Assembly (NCBI GenBank): GCA_016705365.1 | Contig: JADIYI010000008.1 | Coordinates: 1,349,572-1,413,571, forward strand | Length of the DNA: 64,000 bases | DNA from: Gammaproteobacteria bacterium | GTDB taxonomy: Bacteria; Pseudomonadota; Gammaproteobacteria; Pseudomonadales; UBA5518 | Reading direction: 5' to 3' | Shown: positions 33,984 to 44,397 of the stretch, in pieces | Layout of the letters: each line of letters starts with the position of its first letter | How positions within the stretch are numbered: position 1 is the stretch's first letter | Made by a program: the position numbers and the translations under genes | The notes under the pieces: generated by a model | What the model saw: the letters and a program-made list of their open reading frames with translations, nothing else | Told to the model about the DNA's origin: nothing | Databases searched by the model: none

Positions 33984-35387
33984 TTATTGTTCCGGGTGCA
34001 GCCTGTCCGGTGAGATGATTGCAGCAGGCACTGCAGTGCTCGCCGGCAGCAACTTCATCCAGCGATCGGAGCGAAAGCGCCATACCAGCAGAACGTTCTT
34101 GACCGCGTAATCCGCAACCAGCGTCGCGTAGATCCAGCCGACCGGAAATCCGAACCGATCGAGCACCAGGGCCAGCCCGAAGCGCACCACGATCAGTCCC
34201 ATGATCACGTTCAGCAGCGGAAAGCGCGTATCGCCCGCGCCGCGCAACGCGCCGCCCAGGCAGAATTCCACCGCCAGCATCGGCAGGATCGCGGTGAATG
34301 AATAGATCACCAGCACCGTGTGTTCGGCGATTGCCTGGTCGCCGCTCAGCCACAGGGCAACCGGCAGCGCGTACCAGGCGAGCAGCAGGCCGGGTGCGGT
34401 GAGCACCACTACCGTTACGCGCAGCGCGCGTATCGTGACCAGGCGTGCATTGGCGATGGACCCTGCCCCGATTTGCTGTCCGACCAGCACTGAAACGGCA
34501 ATCGAGAAGCCGAATCCTATCACCATCGCGAGCGAGAGCAGGCTGACGCCGGTCCCGTAGGCGGCGAACGCGGCCGCACCGTGGTGCGCGACCACCCACA
34601 GAAAGGCGATCACCCCGCCCTGCAGGAAGCCCTGCTCCAGTGCCGCCGGATAACCAAGCTTCCACAAGGCGGCCACCCGTTCGCGATAGCGGCCATCGGG
34701 GCGTGTCCGTTTCAGCAGCAGAAGACTGCGGTGCCAGGCGGCGAAAGCCAGTGCCGTGCCGCAGAGGTTTCCCAGTCCAAGGCCGATCGCGATAAACCGT
34801 ACATGTGGCTGCAAGCCGAATGGCGGATCATTGGACCAGTGCCATGCCAGGACCACGCACAGGCCGTTGGTCAGCAACGAGAACAGTACCGGTGTGCGGG
34901 CATCCCCGGCGGCGCGCAACGAGGTGGCCAGCACCATGAAAACCGCCATCGGGGCAAAAAACAGCGTCATCCAGCGTGCATAGGCCAGCGATTCCGCGTA
35001 GGCGCCGGCGTCGAGTCCGAACAGACCGATCAGCGCCGGAGCCGCGACCCAGGTGAGCGCCGTGAGTGCCACACCGAGTGCGGCGCCGAGACCGAGCGCA
35101 ATCCCGAGCAGCTGGTTTGCCTCCTCCCGCCTGCCGGCGCCCCAGGCGTTGGCAATCAGTGCCAGGGTGCCGGCATTGATGCCCGCGGCGATTGCGAGAA
35201 ATACGTTGTAGAGCCGTGTTCCGGCGTTCACCGCGACCACCGCGTCCGGGCCCAGCGTGGCGGCGATGCGGATCATGAAAATGCCGACCAGGGATGCGAG
35301 CAGGAATACCGCGCCCGAGGGCAAGGCGAGCGCAAGTATCGATACGATGGAAACCGGCGAGTCCGGGCGCGCCGCGGGTGCTGTCAT
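33984..35387 (-). CDS. MATE-family efflux transporter
   Basis: ~467 aa, 12-TM-like profile; the ATG at 35387 makes an ATGA overlap with the upstream GGDEF gene stop. Confidence 0.85.
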   Translation of the reverse strand: MTAPAARPDSPVSIVSILALALPSGAVFLLASLVGIFMIRIAATLGPDAVVAVNAGTRLYNVFLAIAAGINAGTLALIANAWGAGRREEANQLLGIALGLGAALGVALTALTWVAAPALIGLFGLDAGAYAESLAYARWMTLFFAPMAVFMVLATSLRAAGDARTPVLFSLLTNGLCVVLAWHWSNDPPFGLQPHVRFIAIGLGLGNLCGTALAFAAWHRSLLLLKRTRPDGRYRERVAALWKLGYPAALEQGFLQGGVIAFLWVVAHHGAAAFAAYGTGVSLLSLAMVIGFGFSIAVSVLVGQQIGAGSIANARLVTIRALRVTVVVLTAPGLLLAWYALPVALWLSGDQAIAEHTVLVIYSFTAILPMLAVEFCLGGALRGAGDTRFPLLNVIMGLIVVRFGLALVLDRFGFPVGWIYATLVADYAVKNVLLVWRFRSDRWMKLLPASTAVPAAIISPDRLHPEQ

Positions 35388-36595
35388 GAACAATCCGCAA
35401 GCACCCGGTTCTTGCCTTCCTGCTTCGCCCGGCGCAGTGATTCGTCGGCACGGTGCAGCAGGTTCATCGGATCCGAGTCCTCGGGAGTCAGCGTCGCGAC
35501 CCCGGCGCTGAAGGTGATCGCGATATGGCGCGAGCTGAAGGACTCCTGGCAGATGTGCTGACGCATGCGCTCGAGCAGCTGCATTGCGGCCGGCAGGCTC
35601 GAATCGGGCATCAGGACCACGAATTCCTCGCCGCCGTAGCGCGCCACCATGTCGACGCCGCGCAGCTGGTTGCGCACCGAGGCGGCAAACTGCGCGAGCA
35701 CCTCGTCACCGGCGATCACGCCGTGCAGCTTGTTGGTGCGGCCGAAGTCGTCGAGATCGAGCAATGCAATCGAAAGCGGATTGCCATAACGGCGCGAGCG
35801 TCCGAACTCGCGATCCAGCGCTTCGAACAGCTGGCGGCGATTGGCCACGCCGGTCAGCGGGTCGGTCATCGCCAGCCGCTCGAGTTGCTGGTTTGCGGTC
35901 TCCAGCGCCCGGCTGCGCTCGGCCAGCTCCGTGTTCAGTTGCGCCAGCTGCGCGGTTCTCTCGAGCAACGCAAGGTTGCTGGCCTCCAGCGCATGCGTGG
36001 ACACGAAGCCCTGTCGGCGCGCGGTCTCGAGATGAATGGCCAGGTAGGCTCCTGCCGCCGAGATTGCGGCCAGCGCCAGCAGGAACATGATCTGTGGTGG
36101 TCCGGTTATCGTTTCGAAGGCAATCACGCTGCACCAGGTCAACACCAGTCCAGTGCCCTGCAGTGCCAGCAACTGGGTTCGTTCGGCGCTGTGCAGGACT
36201 GCGAGCGGCAGGCAGATCACCACGTACGCCGAGGCATCCGTGATGTGCGCATCGAGCGTCGTCAGCATGGCCGCGCCGATCAGCGGCAGCATGATCCAGG
36301 CATTGTCGAGTCGGCAGTTCAGGCGTCGGTCGGATGTGAGCGGAAGGCGTCCGGACACCAGCGCGAGCAGTGCCACGCCAGCGAGGTAGGCAAATGCAAG
36401 CGCGTAGCACTCCTCCCGGGTGAGAACGCCATCGCGGGCGACCAGATCGAGATAGAAATAGGAGGCCAGGTAGGCCCCGGACAGTGGCAACAGCAGCAGG
36501 CTGAACATCCAGCGGTGACGCGCGTTCTGAGCGCCGCGATAGCCGAGGTAGGCTATGTCGGCGGATGCCTCGTTGCGATTGATGGATTGCTCCAT
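35384..36595 (-). CDS. membrane-anchored diguanylate cyclase (GGDEF)
   Basis: N-terminal multi-TM region, coiled coil, DPLTGVANRR...RYGGEEFVVLM GGDEF domain. Confidence 0.88.
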   Translation of the reverse strand: MEQSINRNEASADIAYLGYRGAQNARHRWMFSLLLLPLSGAYLASYFYLDLVARDGVLTREECYALAFAYLAGVALLALVSGRLPLTSDRRLNCRLDNAWIMLPLIGAAMLTTLDAHITDASAYVVICLPLAVLHSAERTQLLALQGTGLVLTWCSVIAFETITGPPQIMFLLALAAISAAGAYLAIHLETARRQGFVSTHALEASNLALLERTAQLAQLNTELAERSRALETANQQLERLAMTDPLTGVANRRQLFEALDREFGRSRRYGNPLSIALLDLDDFGRTNKLHGVIAGDEVLAQFAASVRNQLRGVDMVARYGGEEFVVLMPDSSLPAAMQLLERMRQHICQESFSSRHIAITFSAGVATLTPEDSDPMNLLHRADESLRRAKQEGKNRVLADCS

Positions 36596-36745
36596 GGGTT
36601 GGTACGCTGTCGCTGACGTTCGCTTACAGCATAGCTTCCGACGGCATCCGGCAACAGGCTTTCCTCGCCGGTTGGGAACGACTGCTCGAGAGGGTCGTCG
36701 TATTGCGCGATCTGCGCAAAAAAAACACAGAAGAATTACGAATAA

Positions 36746-36774
36746 TTGCCTAGTTGACGAGCAGTGGGTAGAAT
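36746..36774 (+). promoter_or_regulatory. putative sigma70 promoter for the acyl-CoA ligase operon
   Basis: TTGCCT, a 17-nt spacer, then TAGAAT, about 50 nt upstream of the GTG at 36825. Confidence 0.35.
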
Positions 36775-36824
36775 TTGCGTTGAATCATGCCTGTATTCAA
36801 GCGTCTTTGCGATGGAGGCCCCGG

Positions 36825-38384
36825 GTGAACGAGATCGATTCCCTGCCCCTTACCATGCCTCGCCTGCTGGCCTGGGCCGCGGCGCGGGCTCCAGAACGCA
36901 TTGCGCTGGAGGAAGCGGGGCTGCAACTCGATTACGCCGCGTTGGATGCGGCTCGCCGCCGCGCGGCGAAAGCCTTTCTTGCCGCGGGCACAGGCCATGG
37001 CGATCGCGTCGCGATCTGGGCGCCGAATCGTCATGAGTGGATCGTGGCCGCGACCGGCGCCCAGAGCATCGGGGCGATCGTGGTGCCGCTCAACACGCGG
37101 ATGAAAGGTGCGGAGGCGGGCTATATCCTGCGCCGCAGCGGCGCGCGCATGCTGTTCACGGTCGGCGAGTTTTCCGGCAATCGCTATCCGCAGATGCTCG
37201 AGGGTATCGAACTGCCGGCGCTGCAGCGAGTGTTGTGCTTCGGAGAAGCTGATTGGCTGGAGTTTCTTGCGGCCGGGGAGGGCATCGACGAGGCCGTGCT
37301 CGCGGCGCGCGAAGCGGCGGTGCAGCCCGAGGACACGCTCGATCTGATGTTCACCTCCGGCACCACCGGCAATCCCAAGGGGGTGATGACCGGGCACGGG
37401 CAGAATATTCGCGCCTTCGATACCTGGAGCCGCACGGTCGGGCTGTGCGCCGATGACAATTACCTGATCATCAATCCTTTCTTTCATTCCTTCGGCTACA
37501 AGGCCGGCTGGATGGCGGCGATCATCCGCGGCGCGCGCATCCTGCCGGTCGCGAGCTTCGATGTCGACGAGGTGTTGCGGCGCATCCAGTTCGAGCGCGT
37601 CAGCATGCTGCCGGGGCCGCCGACCATCTACCAGTCCCTGCTGGCGCATTCCGAGCGGCGCAATTACGATCTCTCGTCGTTGCGTCTCGCGGTTACCGGC
37701 GCGGCGTTGGTGCCGCTCGACCTGATCCGGCGCATGCGCAGCGAGCTCGGATTCCGCACCGTGCTGACCGCCTACGGGCTTACCGAGACCTGCGGCGTGG
37801 TAACCGTCAGCAGCGTCGACGATGCGCCTGAACTGATCGCGACCAGTGCGGGGCGCGCGATGCCGGGGGTCGAGCTGCGATGCGTGAACAATGGCGGGGT
37901 CGCGGTTCCTGCCGGGGAACCGGGCGAGGTGCAGGTGCGTGGCTACAACGTCATGCAGGGCTATTTCGATGATCCCGAAGCGACCGCGGAGGCGATCAGC
38001 GCCGATGGCTGGTTGCATACCGGCGACATCGGCGTGATGAATGAAGACGGGTATCTGCGCATCACCGACCGCATCAAGGACATGTTCATCGTCGGCGGCT
38101 TCAACTGTTATCCGGCGGAGATCGAGAATCTGCTGTGCTCGATGGAAGGGGTGGCCCAGAGCGCGGTGATCGGGGTCGCGGACGAGCGCATGGGCGAAGT
38201 CGCCAAGGCATTTATCGTGCGCCGCCCGGGCGCTTCGCTCGAGGCCGACGAGGTGATTGCGTGGTGCCGGCGCAACATGGCGAACTACAAGGTACCGCGC
38301 AGCGTGGAGTTTCTCGATGCGCTGCCGCTCAATGCCGCGGGCAAGGTGCTGAAAACCACGTTGCGGGCGCTGGAAAACGCGTGA
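36825..38384 (+). CDS. AMP-dependent acyl-CoA synthetase (FadD3-like)
   Basis: TSGTTGNPKGV AMP-binding motif, YGLTE, GWLHTGD; GTG at 36825 after GGAGG. Confidence 0.85.
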   Translation: MNEIDSLPLTMPRLLAWAAARAPERIALEEAGLQLDYAALDAARRRAAKAFLAAGTGHGDRVAIWAPNRHEWIVAATGAQSIGAIVVPLNTRMKGAEAGYILRRSGARMLFTVGEFSGNRYPQMLEGIELPALQRVLCFGEADWLEFLAAGEGIDEAVLAAREAAVQPEDTLDLMFTSGTTGNPKGVMTGHGQNIRAFDTWSRTVGLCADDNYLIINPFFHSFGYKAGWMAAIIRGARILPVASFDVDEVLRRIQFERVSMLPGPPTIYQSLLAHSERRNYDLSSLRLAVTGAALVPLDLIRRMRSELGFRTVLTAYGLTETCGVVTVSSVDDAPELIATSAGRAMPGVELRCVNNGGVAVPAGEPGEVQVRGYNVMQGYFDDPEATAEAISADGWLHTGDIGVMNEDGYLRITDRIKDMFIVGGFNCYPAEIENLLCSMEGVAQSAVIGVADERMGEVAKAFIVRRPGASLEADEVIAWCRRNMANYKVPRSVEFLDALPLNAAGKVLKTTLRALENA

Positions 38385-38386
38385 AC

Positions 38387-38878
38387 ATGGCTCCGGCGCG
38401 CACCACGTTCCTGGGCGAGATGGCCTCGCTCGATGATGTGGACCGGCGCCTGATCGAACTGTTGCGCGCCGATGGGCGGATGGCATTTCGCGCCCTTGCC
38501 GATGCGCTCGGTGTCACCGAATCGGGGGCGCGGGCGCGGGTGCGCCAGCTCGAGACCTCGGGTTTCATGAAGGTGGTGGCGGTAGCCGATGCCGAGGCCG
38601 CCGGTTTCGAATTGCTGCTGGCGGTGGGCGTTGAAGTCGAGGGGCGGCCGGCACTCGAGGTTGCCGAGGCGCTGGCCGCGTTGCCGGAAGTGTTTTCGGT
38701 GAGCCAGGTGGTCGGTACCTACGATATCGAGTTGCTGATGGTGGCGCGTGATCACGAGCACCTCGCGGAGCTCGTTACCGCGACGCTGGTGCGTATCCCG
38801 GGAGTGCGGCGCATTCTTACCGGCCTCGCGGTGGATGTGCTGAAGAATCAGCCGGACTGGGTGCCGTTCGATGACTAG
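38387..38878 (+). CDS. Lrp/AsnC-family transcriptional regulator
   Basis: LDDVDRRLIELLRADGRMAFRALADALGVTESGARARVRQLE HTH; starts 2 nt after the ligase stop. Confidence 0.8.
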   Translation: MAPARTTFLGEMASLDDVDRRLIELLRADGRMAFRALADALGVTESGARARVRQLETSGFMKVVAVADAEAAGFELLLAVGVEVEGRPALEVAEALAALPEVFSVSQVVGTYDIELLMVARDHEHLAELVTATLVRIPGVRRILTGLAVDVLKNQPDWVPFDD

Positions 38879-39374
38879 ACGGCGTCTCGACGAGGTGGAC
38901 CGGCGCATACTCGATTACCTGTCGCGTGATGCGCGTACCAGCAACCGGCGCATCGCCGATGAGCTCGGCGTCACCGAGGGCACGGTGCGTGCGCGCATCA
39001 AGCGGATGGAAGACGAGGATCAGATCCGGATAACCGCGCTGACCAATATCCGCAAGCTCGACAACCCGACGCTGGCGTTCATCTGGATCGAGGTCGATCG
39101 CGGTGCGCAGTGCCGGGAGGTTGCCGAAGCGCTGGCGCACGATCCGCAGATCGGCTTTGTCGCGGTGATGGTTGGTCGATTCGACATACTCGCGATCACG
39201 CTGGTGCAGTCGGCGGCACAGTTGAGCGAATTCCTGCACAGCACGGTGCACGCAATCCCGGGCGTGCGGCACACGGAGTGCTCGCTGGGTGCGCGTTTCG
39301 TGAAGCACGATTACCGGATCAGTCGAATCGTGAGGAGGCCGGAAGAGATCCATGCTGGCGTCCGAATTGCGTAG
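38871..39374 (+). CDS. Lrp/AsnC-family transcriptional regulator
   Basis: LDEVDRRILDYLSRDARTSNRRIADELGVTEGTVRARIKRME HTH; 8-nt overlap with the preceding Lrp gene. Confidence 0.85.
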   Translation: MTRRRLDEVDRRILDYLSRDARTSNRRIADELGVTEGTVRARIKRMEDEDQIRITALTNIRKLDNPTLAFIWIEVDRGAQCREVAEALAHDPQIGFVAVMVGRFDILAITLVQSAAQLSEFLHSTVHAIPGVRHTECSLGARFVKHDYRISRIVRRPEEIHAGVRIA

Positions 39375-39432
39375 ATTGAGGATTAAAATTTGGTGTACTT
39401 TATAAATATATGGCTTTGATGGCCTTGTATGC

Positions 39433-39456
39433 GTAAAATTGCACAATTAATTTTAC
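39433..39456. promoter_or_regulatory. candidate operator: 8-bp inverted repeat in a strongly AT-rich intergenic region
   Basis: gtaaaatt-gcacaatt-aattttac lies within the 39375-39518 AT-rich spacer between the Lrp genes and the CoA-transferase operon. Confidence 0.3.
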
Positions 39457-39518
39457 TATTTGAGTGTTCGCCGCGTATTCCGGCGGGTCGTTATGGCTAA
39501 GGGCAGGAGAGATTGCGG

Positions 39519-40397
39519 ATGAACAAGGTGATGAATGCCGGCGAGGTGGTCAGGAAGCTCGACAGCGGTATGACGATTGGTATCGGTGGCTGGGGGCCGC
39601 GGCGCAAGCCGATGGCGCTGGTGCGCGAGATCCTGAGGTCCGATATCAAGGATCTGACCGTGGTCGCCTACGGTGGCGCGGATGTGGGCATGCTGTGCGC
39701 GGCGGGCAAGGTGCGCAAGCTGGTATTCGCGTTCGTGTCCCTGGATTTCATCCCGCTCGAGCCCTGGTTTCGCCTGGCGCGCCAGAATGGCAGCATCGAG
39801 ACCATGGAGATCGACGAGGGCATGTTCCTGCTGGGGTTGCGCGCGGCCGCGATGAAGCTGCCGTTCCTGCCGACCCGCATTGGCCTCGGAACCGATGTGC
39901 TCAAGTACAACCCGCAGATCAAGACCATAGTGTCGCCCTATGCCGATGGGCGCGAGCTGGTCGCGATGCCGGCGCTCGAGCTCGATGCGGCGCTGATTCA
40001 CGTCGATCGCGCGGATGCGCGCGGGGTGTGCCAGATCAAGGGGCCCGATCACTACATGGACGATGTGTTCGCGCGCGCGGCGCGTGAGACTTTCGTGAGC
40101 TGCGACGAGTTGGTCGAGAGCAGTTTTTTCGCCTCTGCGGAAGAGGCGCGTCATGTGTACTGGGAGCGCTCGGAGACCACCGGCGTGGTGCATATCCCGG
40201 GTGGCGCGCACCCCAGCAGCTGCAACCCGTTGTATGGCTTCGACGTGGCGCATTTCAAGACCTACGCAGCCTCCGCAGGCGCGGAAAACGGCTGGCAGGA
40301 ATACATGCAGAAATACGTGGGTGCTTCCGAGGAACACTACCGGGAGCAGGTTGGTGGCCTCGCGGCCATCCGCAAGCTTGCCCTGCCCACGTATTGA
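39519..40397 (+). CDS. CoA-transferase subunit A (IpdA-like)
   Basis: GMTIGIGGWGPRRKPMALVREI glutaconate-CoA-transferase-type motif; ATG at 39519 after AGGAGA. Confidence 0.85.
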   Translation: MNKVMNAGEVVRKLDSGMTIGIGGWGPRRKPMALVREILRSDIKDLTVVAYGGADVGMLCAAGKVRKLVFAFVSLDFIPLEPWFRLARQNGSIETMEIDEGMFLLGLRAAAMKLPFLPTRIGLGTDVLKYNPQIKTIVSPYADGRELVAMPALELDAALIHVDRADARGVCQIKGPDHYMDDVFARAARETFVSCDELVESSFFASAEEARHVYWERSETTGVVHIPGGAHPSSCNPLYGFDVAHFKTYAASAGAENGWQEYMQKYVGASEEHYREQVGGLAAIRKLALPTY

Positions 40398-40410
40398 AAG
40401 GAGACACCCC

Positions 40411-41211
40411 ATGAATGCACCGGACTACACGCTCGCGGAATTGATGATCACGGCAGCCTCCGAGGCCTGGCGCGGCGACGGTGAAGTGCTCGCCACTGGC
40501 ATTGGCCTGTTGCCGCGGCTCGCGGCATCACTGTCGATGCTGAGCAGCAATCCGGACCTGCTGATGACGGACTCAGAGGCTTTCCTGCTGTCGGCACCGA
40601 ACCCGGTGGGGGCGCGTGCTGCCGATTTTGCGCCGGCTTACGAGACCTGGATGGGCTTCTCGCGCATCTTCGACAACGTCTGGGGCGGCAAGCGCCATGC
40701 GATGGTCGGGCCGACCCAGATCGATCGCTTCGGGCAGGCCAATATTTCCTGCATCGGGGACCATGCAAAACCCAAGGTGCAGATGCTCGGGGTGCGCGGT
40801 TTTCCCGGCAATTCGATCAGTCACGCCAATTCCTTTTTCGTGCCCGCGCACAACAATCGCGTGTTCAAGTCGGGGGAGTGTGACACGGTCTGCTCGATCG
40901 GCTACAACCCGGCGCGTCTGGCAAAGGGATACCGCCTCGGTGAGGTCGATATCCGCCTTATCATCACCGATCTGTGCGTGATGGATTTCGGTGGCCCCGG
41001 GTACCAGATGCGCATCCGCTCCCTGCATCCGGGCATCGGCGTCGAACAGGTGCAGCAGAACACCGGCTTCGAGCTCTGCATACCTGCCGCTATCCCGGTC
41101 ACCGCGGCACCCACCGAAGAGCAGTTGGCAATCATCCGCCGTATGGATCCGCACAACCTGCGCGCGCGCGAGTTGAAGGACAATCCACCCGGCGACCGTT
41201 CGCGCGGATAA
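40411..41211 (+). CDS. CoA-transferase subunit B (IpdB-like)
   Basis: MNAPDYTLAELMITAASEAW...; adjacent to subunit A; GGAGA RBS. Confidence 0.85.
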   Translation: MNAPDYTLAELMITAASEAWRGDGEVLATGIGLLPRLAASLSMLSSNPDLLMTDSEAFLLSAPNPVGARAADFAPAYETWMGFSRIFDNVWGGKRHAMVGPTQIDRFGQANISCIGDHAKPKVQMLGVRGFPGNSISHANSFFVPAHNNRVFKSGECDTVCSIGYNPARLAKGYRLGEVDIRLIITDLCVMDFGGPGYQMRIRSLHPGIGVEQVQQNTGFELCIPAAIPVTAAPTEEQLAIIRRMDPHNLRARELKDNPPGDRSRG

Positions 41212-41222
41212 GGACCGATCCA

Positions 41223-42293
41223 ATGTCCGAAATGCTGCATACCCGTCTGACCGAGCTACTGGGTTGCCGTTATCCCATCGTGCAGACCGCGATGGGCTGG
41301 GTGGCCGATCCCCGGCTCGTTGCCGCGACCGGCAATGCCGGTGGTTTTGGTTTCCTGGCCGGGGCGACCATTCCTGCGCAGCAGATGGAAGCCGATATCC
41401 TGCGCACCAAGGAACTGAGCAGCGCGCCGTTTGGCGTGAATTTCCATATGTACCAGCCGAATGCGGCGGCAATCGTCGACCTGGTGGTGAAGCACGGTGT
41501 GCGCGCGGTCAGTTACAGCCGTTCGCCCGGGCCGGCGTTCATCCGCAAGCTCAAGGATGCGGGCGTGGTGTGCATGCCCACCGTAGGCGCGGTCAAGCAC
41601 GCGGTGAAAGCGGTCGAGCTGGGTGCCGATGCGGTGACTGTGCAGGGTGGCGAGGGTGGCGGTCACACCGGTTCGGTGCCGACCACGCTGTTGCTGCCCG
41701 ACGTGGTGTGCCGGGTGAAGGTGCCGGTGATCGGTGCCGGTGGCTTCAAGGACGGGCGTGGACTGGTGGCGGCGATGGCTTTCGGTGCCGAGGGCATCGC
41801 GATGGGCACCCGCTTTCTGATGACCAGCGACAGCCCGGTGCCGCTCGCCACCAAGCAGCGCTACCTGAGCTGTGCGAACCCGGCCGATATCATCGTCTCG
41901 CGGGCGATAGACGGCATGCCGCAACGCATGGTGATGAACGAGATGCTCGGTGAGCTGGAGCGCGCCGGCGCCCTGAAAAAACTGTTGATCGCGCTGCGCA
42001 ATGGCCTGGCGTTTCGCCGCCACACCGGCGCGGGCATCCTGCAATTGCTGAAATCCGCGATCGCGATGCAGCGTGACGACGACGGTCTGACGCTCTCGCA
42101 GGCAATCATGTCGGCCAATGCGCCGATGATCATCCAGCGCGCGATGGTCGATGGTCACCCCGAACAGGGCGTGTTGCCGAGCGGACAGGTCGCCGGCGTG
42201 ATCTCCGACCTGCCGGACTGCGCGGAACTGATTGCACGCATCGTTGCCGAGGCCGAGGAGTGCCTGGGTGCGCTGGCGGCACGGTCGAAATGA
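41223..42293 (+). CDS. nitronate monooxygenase-family FMN enzyme (NMO; IpdC-like)
   Basis: RYPIVQTAMGWVADPRLVAATGNAGGFGFL and GGEGGGHTG motifs. Confidence 0.85.
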   Translation: MSEMLHTRLTELLGCRYPIVQTAMGWVADPRLVAATGNAGGFGFLAGATIPAQQMEADILRTKELSSAPFGVNFHMYQPNAAAIVDLVVKHGVRAVSYSRSPGPAFIRKLKDAGVVCMPTVGAVKHAVKAVELGADAVTVQGGEGGGHTGSVPTTLLLPDVVCRVKVPVIGAGGFKDGRGLVAAMAFGAEGIAMGTRFLMTSDSPVPLATKQRYLSCANPADIIVSRAIDGMPQRMVMNEMLGELERAGALKKLLIALRNGLAFRRHTGAGILQLLKSAIAMQRDDDGLTLSQAIMSANAPMIIQRAMVDGHPEQGVLPSGQVAGVISDLPDCAELIARIVAEAEECLGALAARSK

Positions 42294-42440
42294 CGAGAGA
42301 AGCCATGCGGAGCTTGCGAATCCGGCCGCCGTGCCGGTCTCGATGACGGGAACTCCGCGCCTTGGCTCGAAATCGAAGTGCCGGCGTGTGGGTTCGATTC
42401 TTTGGATGCACCAGGAAACTACTGCAGGAGCGACCCCGAT

Positions 42441-43199
42441 ATGAGCAAACCATTCAGCACCACGATCGGTGAAGGTATCGCGGAACTGGTGTTCGACCAT
42501 CCGCCGGTGAATGCGTTCGACAGCGCGGGCTGGGCGGCGATTGCCGCCGAGATCGAGGCGCTCGGAACCAACGATGCGGTGCGCGTGATCATCATCGCGG
42601 CCGAGGGGCGCGGTTTCTGCGCCGGCGTGGATATCAAGGAGCTGGCCTCCGACCGCTCGCTGATCGTGAAGGTCAACAAGGGCAATTACGATACCTTTCG
42701 CGCGGTACATCTGAACCCGAAGCCGGTGATCGTGGCGGTGCATGGCTTCGTGCTGGGCGGCGGCATCGGGATCAGCGGCGCGGCGGATATCGTGGTGGCA
42801 TCCGAGTGCGCGCGTTTTGGCGTACCCGAGGTCGATCGCGGCGCGATGGGCGGCGGGGCGCATCTGCAGCGCCTGTTCCCGGTACAGAAAGTGCGTTACA
42901 TGTATTTTACCGGCGAGATGATCGACGCCGCCGAAGCCTATCGTCTCGGCGCCGTCGAGCGCGTGGTACCGCGCGCGCAGTTGCGTGCCGCGGCGCGCGA
43001 GATCGCGGTCAAGATCGCGGCCAAGAGCCCGGCGATGATCAGCCTTGCCAAGGAGGCGCTCAACGGAATCGAGGACGGCAACCTCGAGGACAAGTACCGC
43101 GGCGAACAGGGCTTCACGCTGGAGGCGTACTCCACCAAGGATTCGCAGGAAGCGCGTGATGCATTCGTGCAGAAGCGCGATGCGAAATTCACCGGCTGA
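42441..43199 (+). CDS. enoyl-CoA hydratase/isomerase family protein (EchA20-like)
   Basis: FCAGVDIKEL and GFVLGGGIGISGAADIVVAS crotonase motifs. Confidence 0.88.
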   Translation: MSKPFSTTIGEGIAELVFDHPPVNAFDSAGWAAIAAEIEALGTNDAVRVIIIAAEGRGFCAGVDIKELASDRSLIVKVNKGNYDTFRAVHLNPKPVIVAVHGFVLGGGIGISGAADIVVASECARFGVPEVDRGAMGGGAHLQRLFPVQKVRYMYFTGEMIDAAEAYRLGAVERVVPRAQLRAAAREIAVKIAAKSPAMISLAKEALNGIEDGNLEDKYRGEQGFTLEAYSTKDSQEARDAFVQKRDAKFTG

Positions 43200-43217
43200 A
43201 TACGGAACCACAGACGC

Positions 43218-44384
43218 ATGAACCTGGAATTCACCCCCGCGCAGAACGCGTTCAGGCAGGAAATCCGCAGCTGGCTCGCGGCGCATGTGCCGGCCGAACC
43301 GTTGCCGAGTTTCGATACCGCGGAGGGCTTCAGGCAGCACCGCGCGTGGGAGGCAAAGCTCAACAGCGGCCGCTGGGGCATGGTCACCTGGCCGCAAGAG
43401 CTCGGTGGGCGCGGCTGCGATCTCATCGAGTGGCTGATCTTCGAGGAGGAATACTGGCGTGCCGGCGCACCGTTGCGGGTAAACCAGAACGGCATCTTCC
43501 TGCTCGGCCCCACCTTGATGGAATACGGCACCGCCGAGCAGAAGCAGCGCTTCCTGCCAAAAATGGCAACCGGTGAGGAGGTGTGGTGCCAGGGCTGGTC
43601 GGAACCCGGTGCCGGATCGGATATGGCGGCGATTCGCGCCAAGGCCGAGCGCCGGGGTGATCACTACGTGATCAACGGCCAGAAGACCTGGTCGACGCGT
43701 GCGGTATGGGCCGACTGGTGCTTCGGCATGTTCCGCTCCGATCCCGCTTCCGAACGGCACAAGGGCCTCACGTTCATCCTCGTGCCGATGAATCTCGAGG
43801 GCATCACCGTGCGTCCGATCCCGCAGCTCGATGGACTGCCCGGTTTCGCGGAAATATTTTTCGACAACGTGAAGGTGCCCGTTGATTGCCGCCTCGGTGA
43901 CGAGGGGCGTGGCTGGAGCGTCGCGATGGCAACGGCCGGCTTCGAGCGCGGCCTGATGCTGCGCAGCCCGGCGCGCTTTCAGCAGACCGCCGCCCGGCTG
44001 GTCCAGCTCTACCGGGCCAACCGCACCAGCGCCGATCGCGATCCCGCGGTGCGCGATGCGGTGATCCGCGCCTGGATGGATGCCGAGGCCTATTGCCTGA
44101 CCACCTACCAGACCGCCTGCCGCCTGATCAATGGCGGCAAGATCGGCGAGGAGGCCAGCACCAACAAGATTTTCTGGTCGGAGCTCGATCAGCGCATGCA
44201 CGAAACCGCACTCGCGATTCTCGGTGCGCGCGCCGAGCTGTTGCCGCACGCACCGGATGCCGGCGATGTCGGCAACTGGCTCGACGGTTTCCTGTTTTCG
44301 CAGTCCGGCAGCATCTACGCCGGTGCCAACGAGATACAGCGCAACATCATTGCCCAGCGTCTGCTCGGCATGCCGCGCGCCTGA
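43218..44384 (+). CDS. acyl-CoA dehydrogenase
   Basis: 388 aa; WCQGWSEPGAGSD and YAGANEIQRNIIAQRLLG motifs. Confidence 0.9.
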   Translation: MNLEFTPAQNAFRQEIRSWLAAHVPAEPLPSFDTAEGFRQHRAWEAKLNSGRWGMVTWPQELGGRGCDLIEWLIFEEEYWRAGAPLRVNQNGIFLLGPTLMEYGTAEQKQRFLPKMATGEEVWCQGWSEPGAGSDMAAIRAKAERRGDHYVINGQKTWSTRAVWADWCFGMFRSDPASERHKGLTFILVPMNLEGITVRPIPQLDGLPGFAEIFFDNVKVPVDCRLGDEGRGWSVAMATAGFERGLMLRSPARFQQTAARLVQLYRANRTSADRDPAVRDAVIRAWMDAEAYCLTTYQTACRLINGGKIGEEASTNKIFWSELDQRMHETALAILGARAELLPHAPDAGDVGNWLDGFLFSQSGSIYAGANEIQRNIIAQRLLGMPRA

Positions 44385-44397
44385 GCGGAGAACCCGG

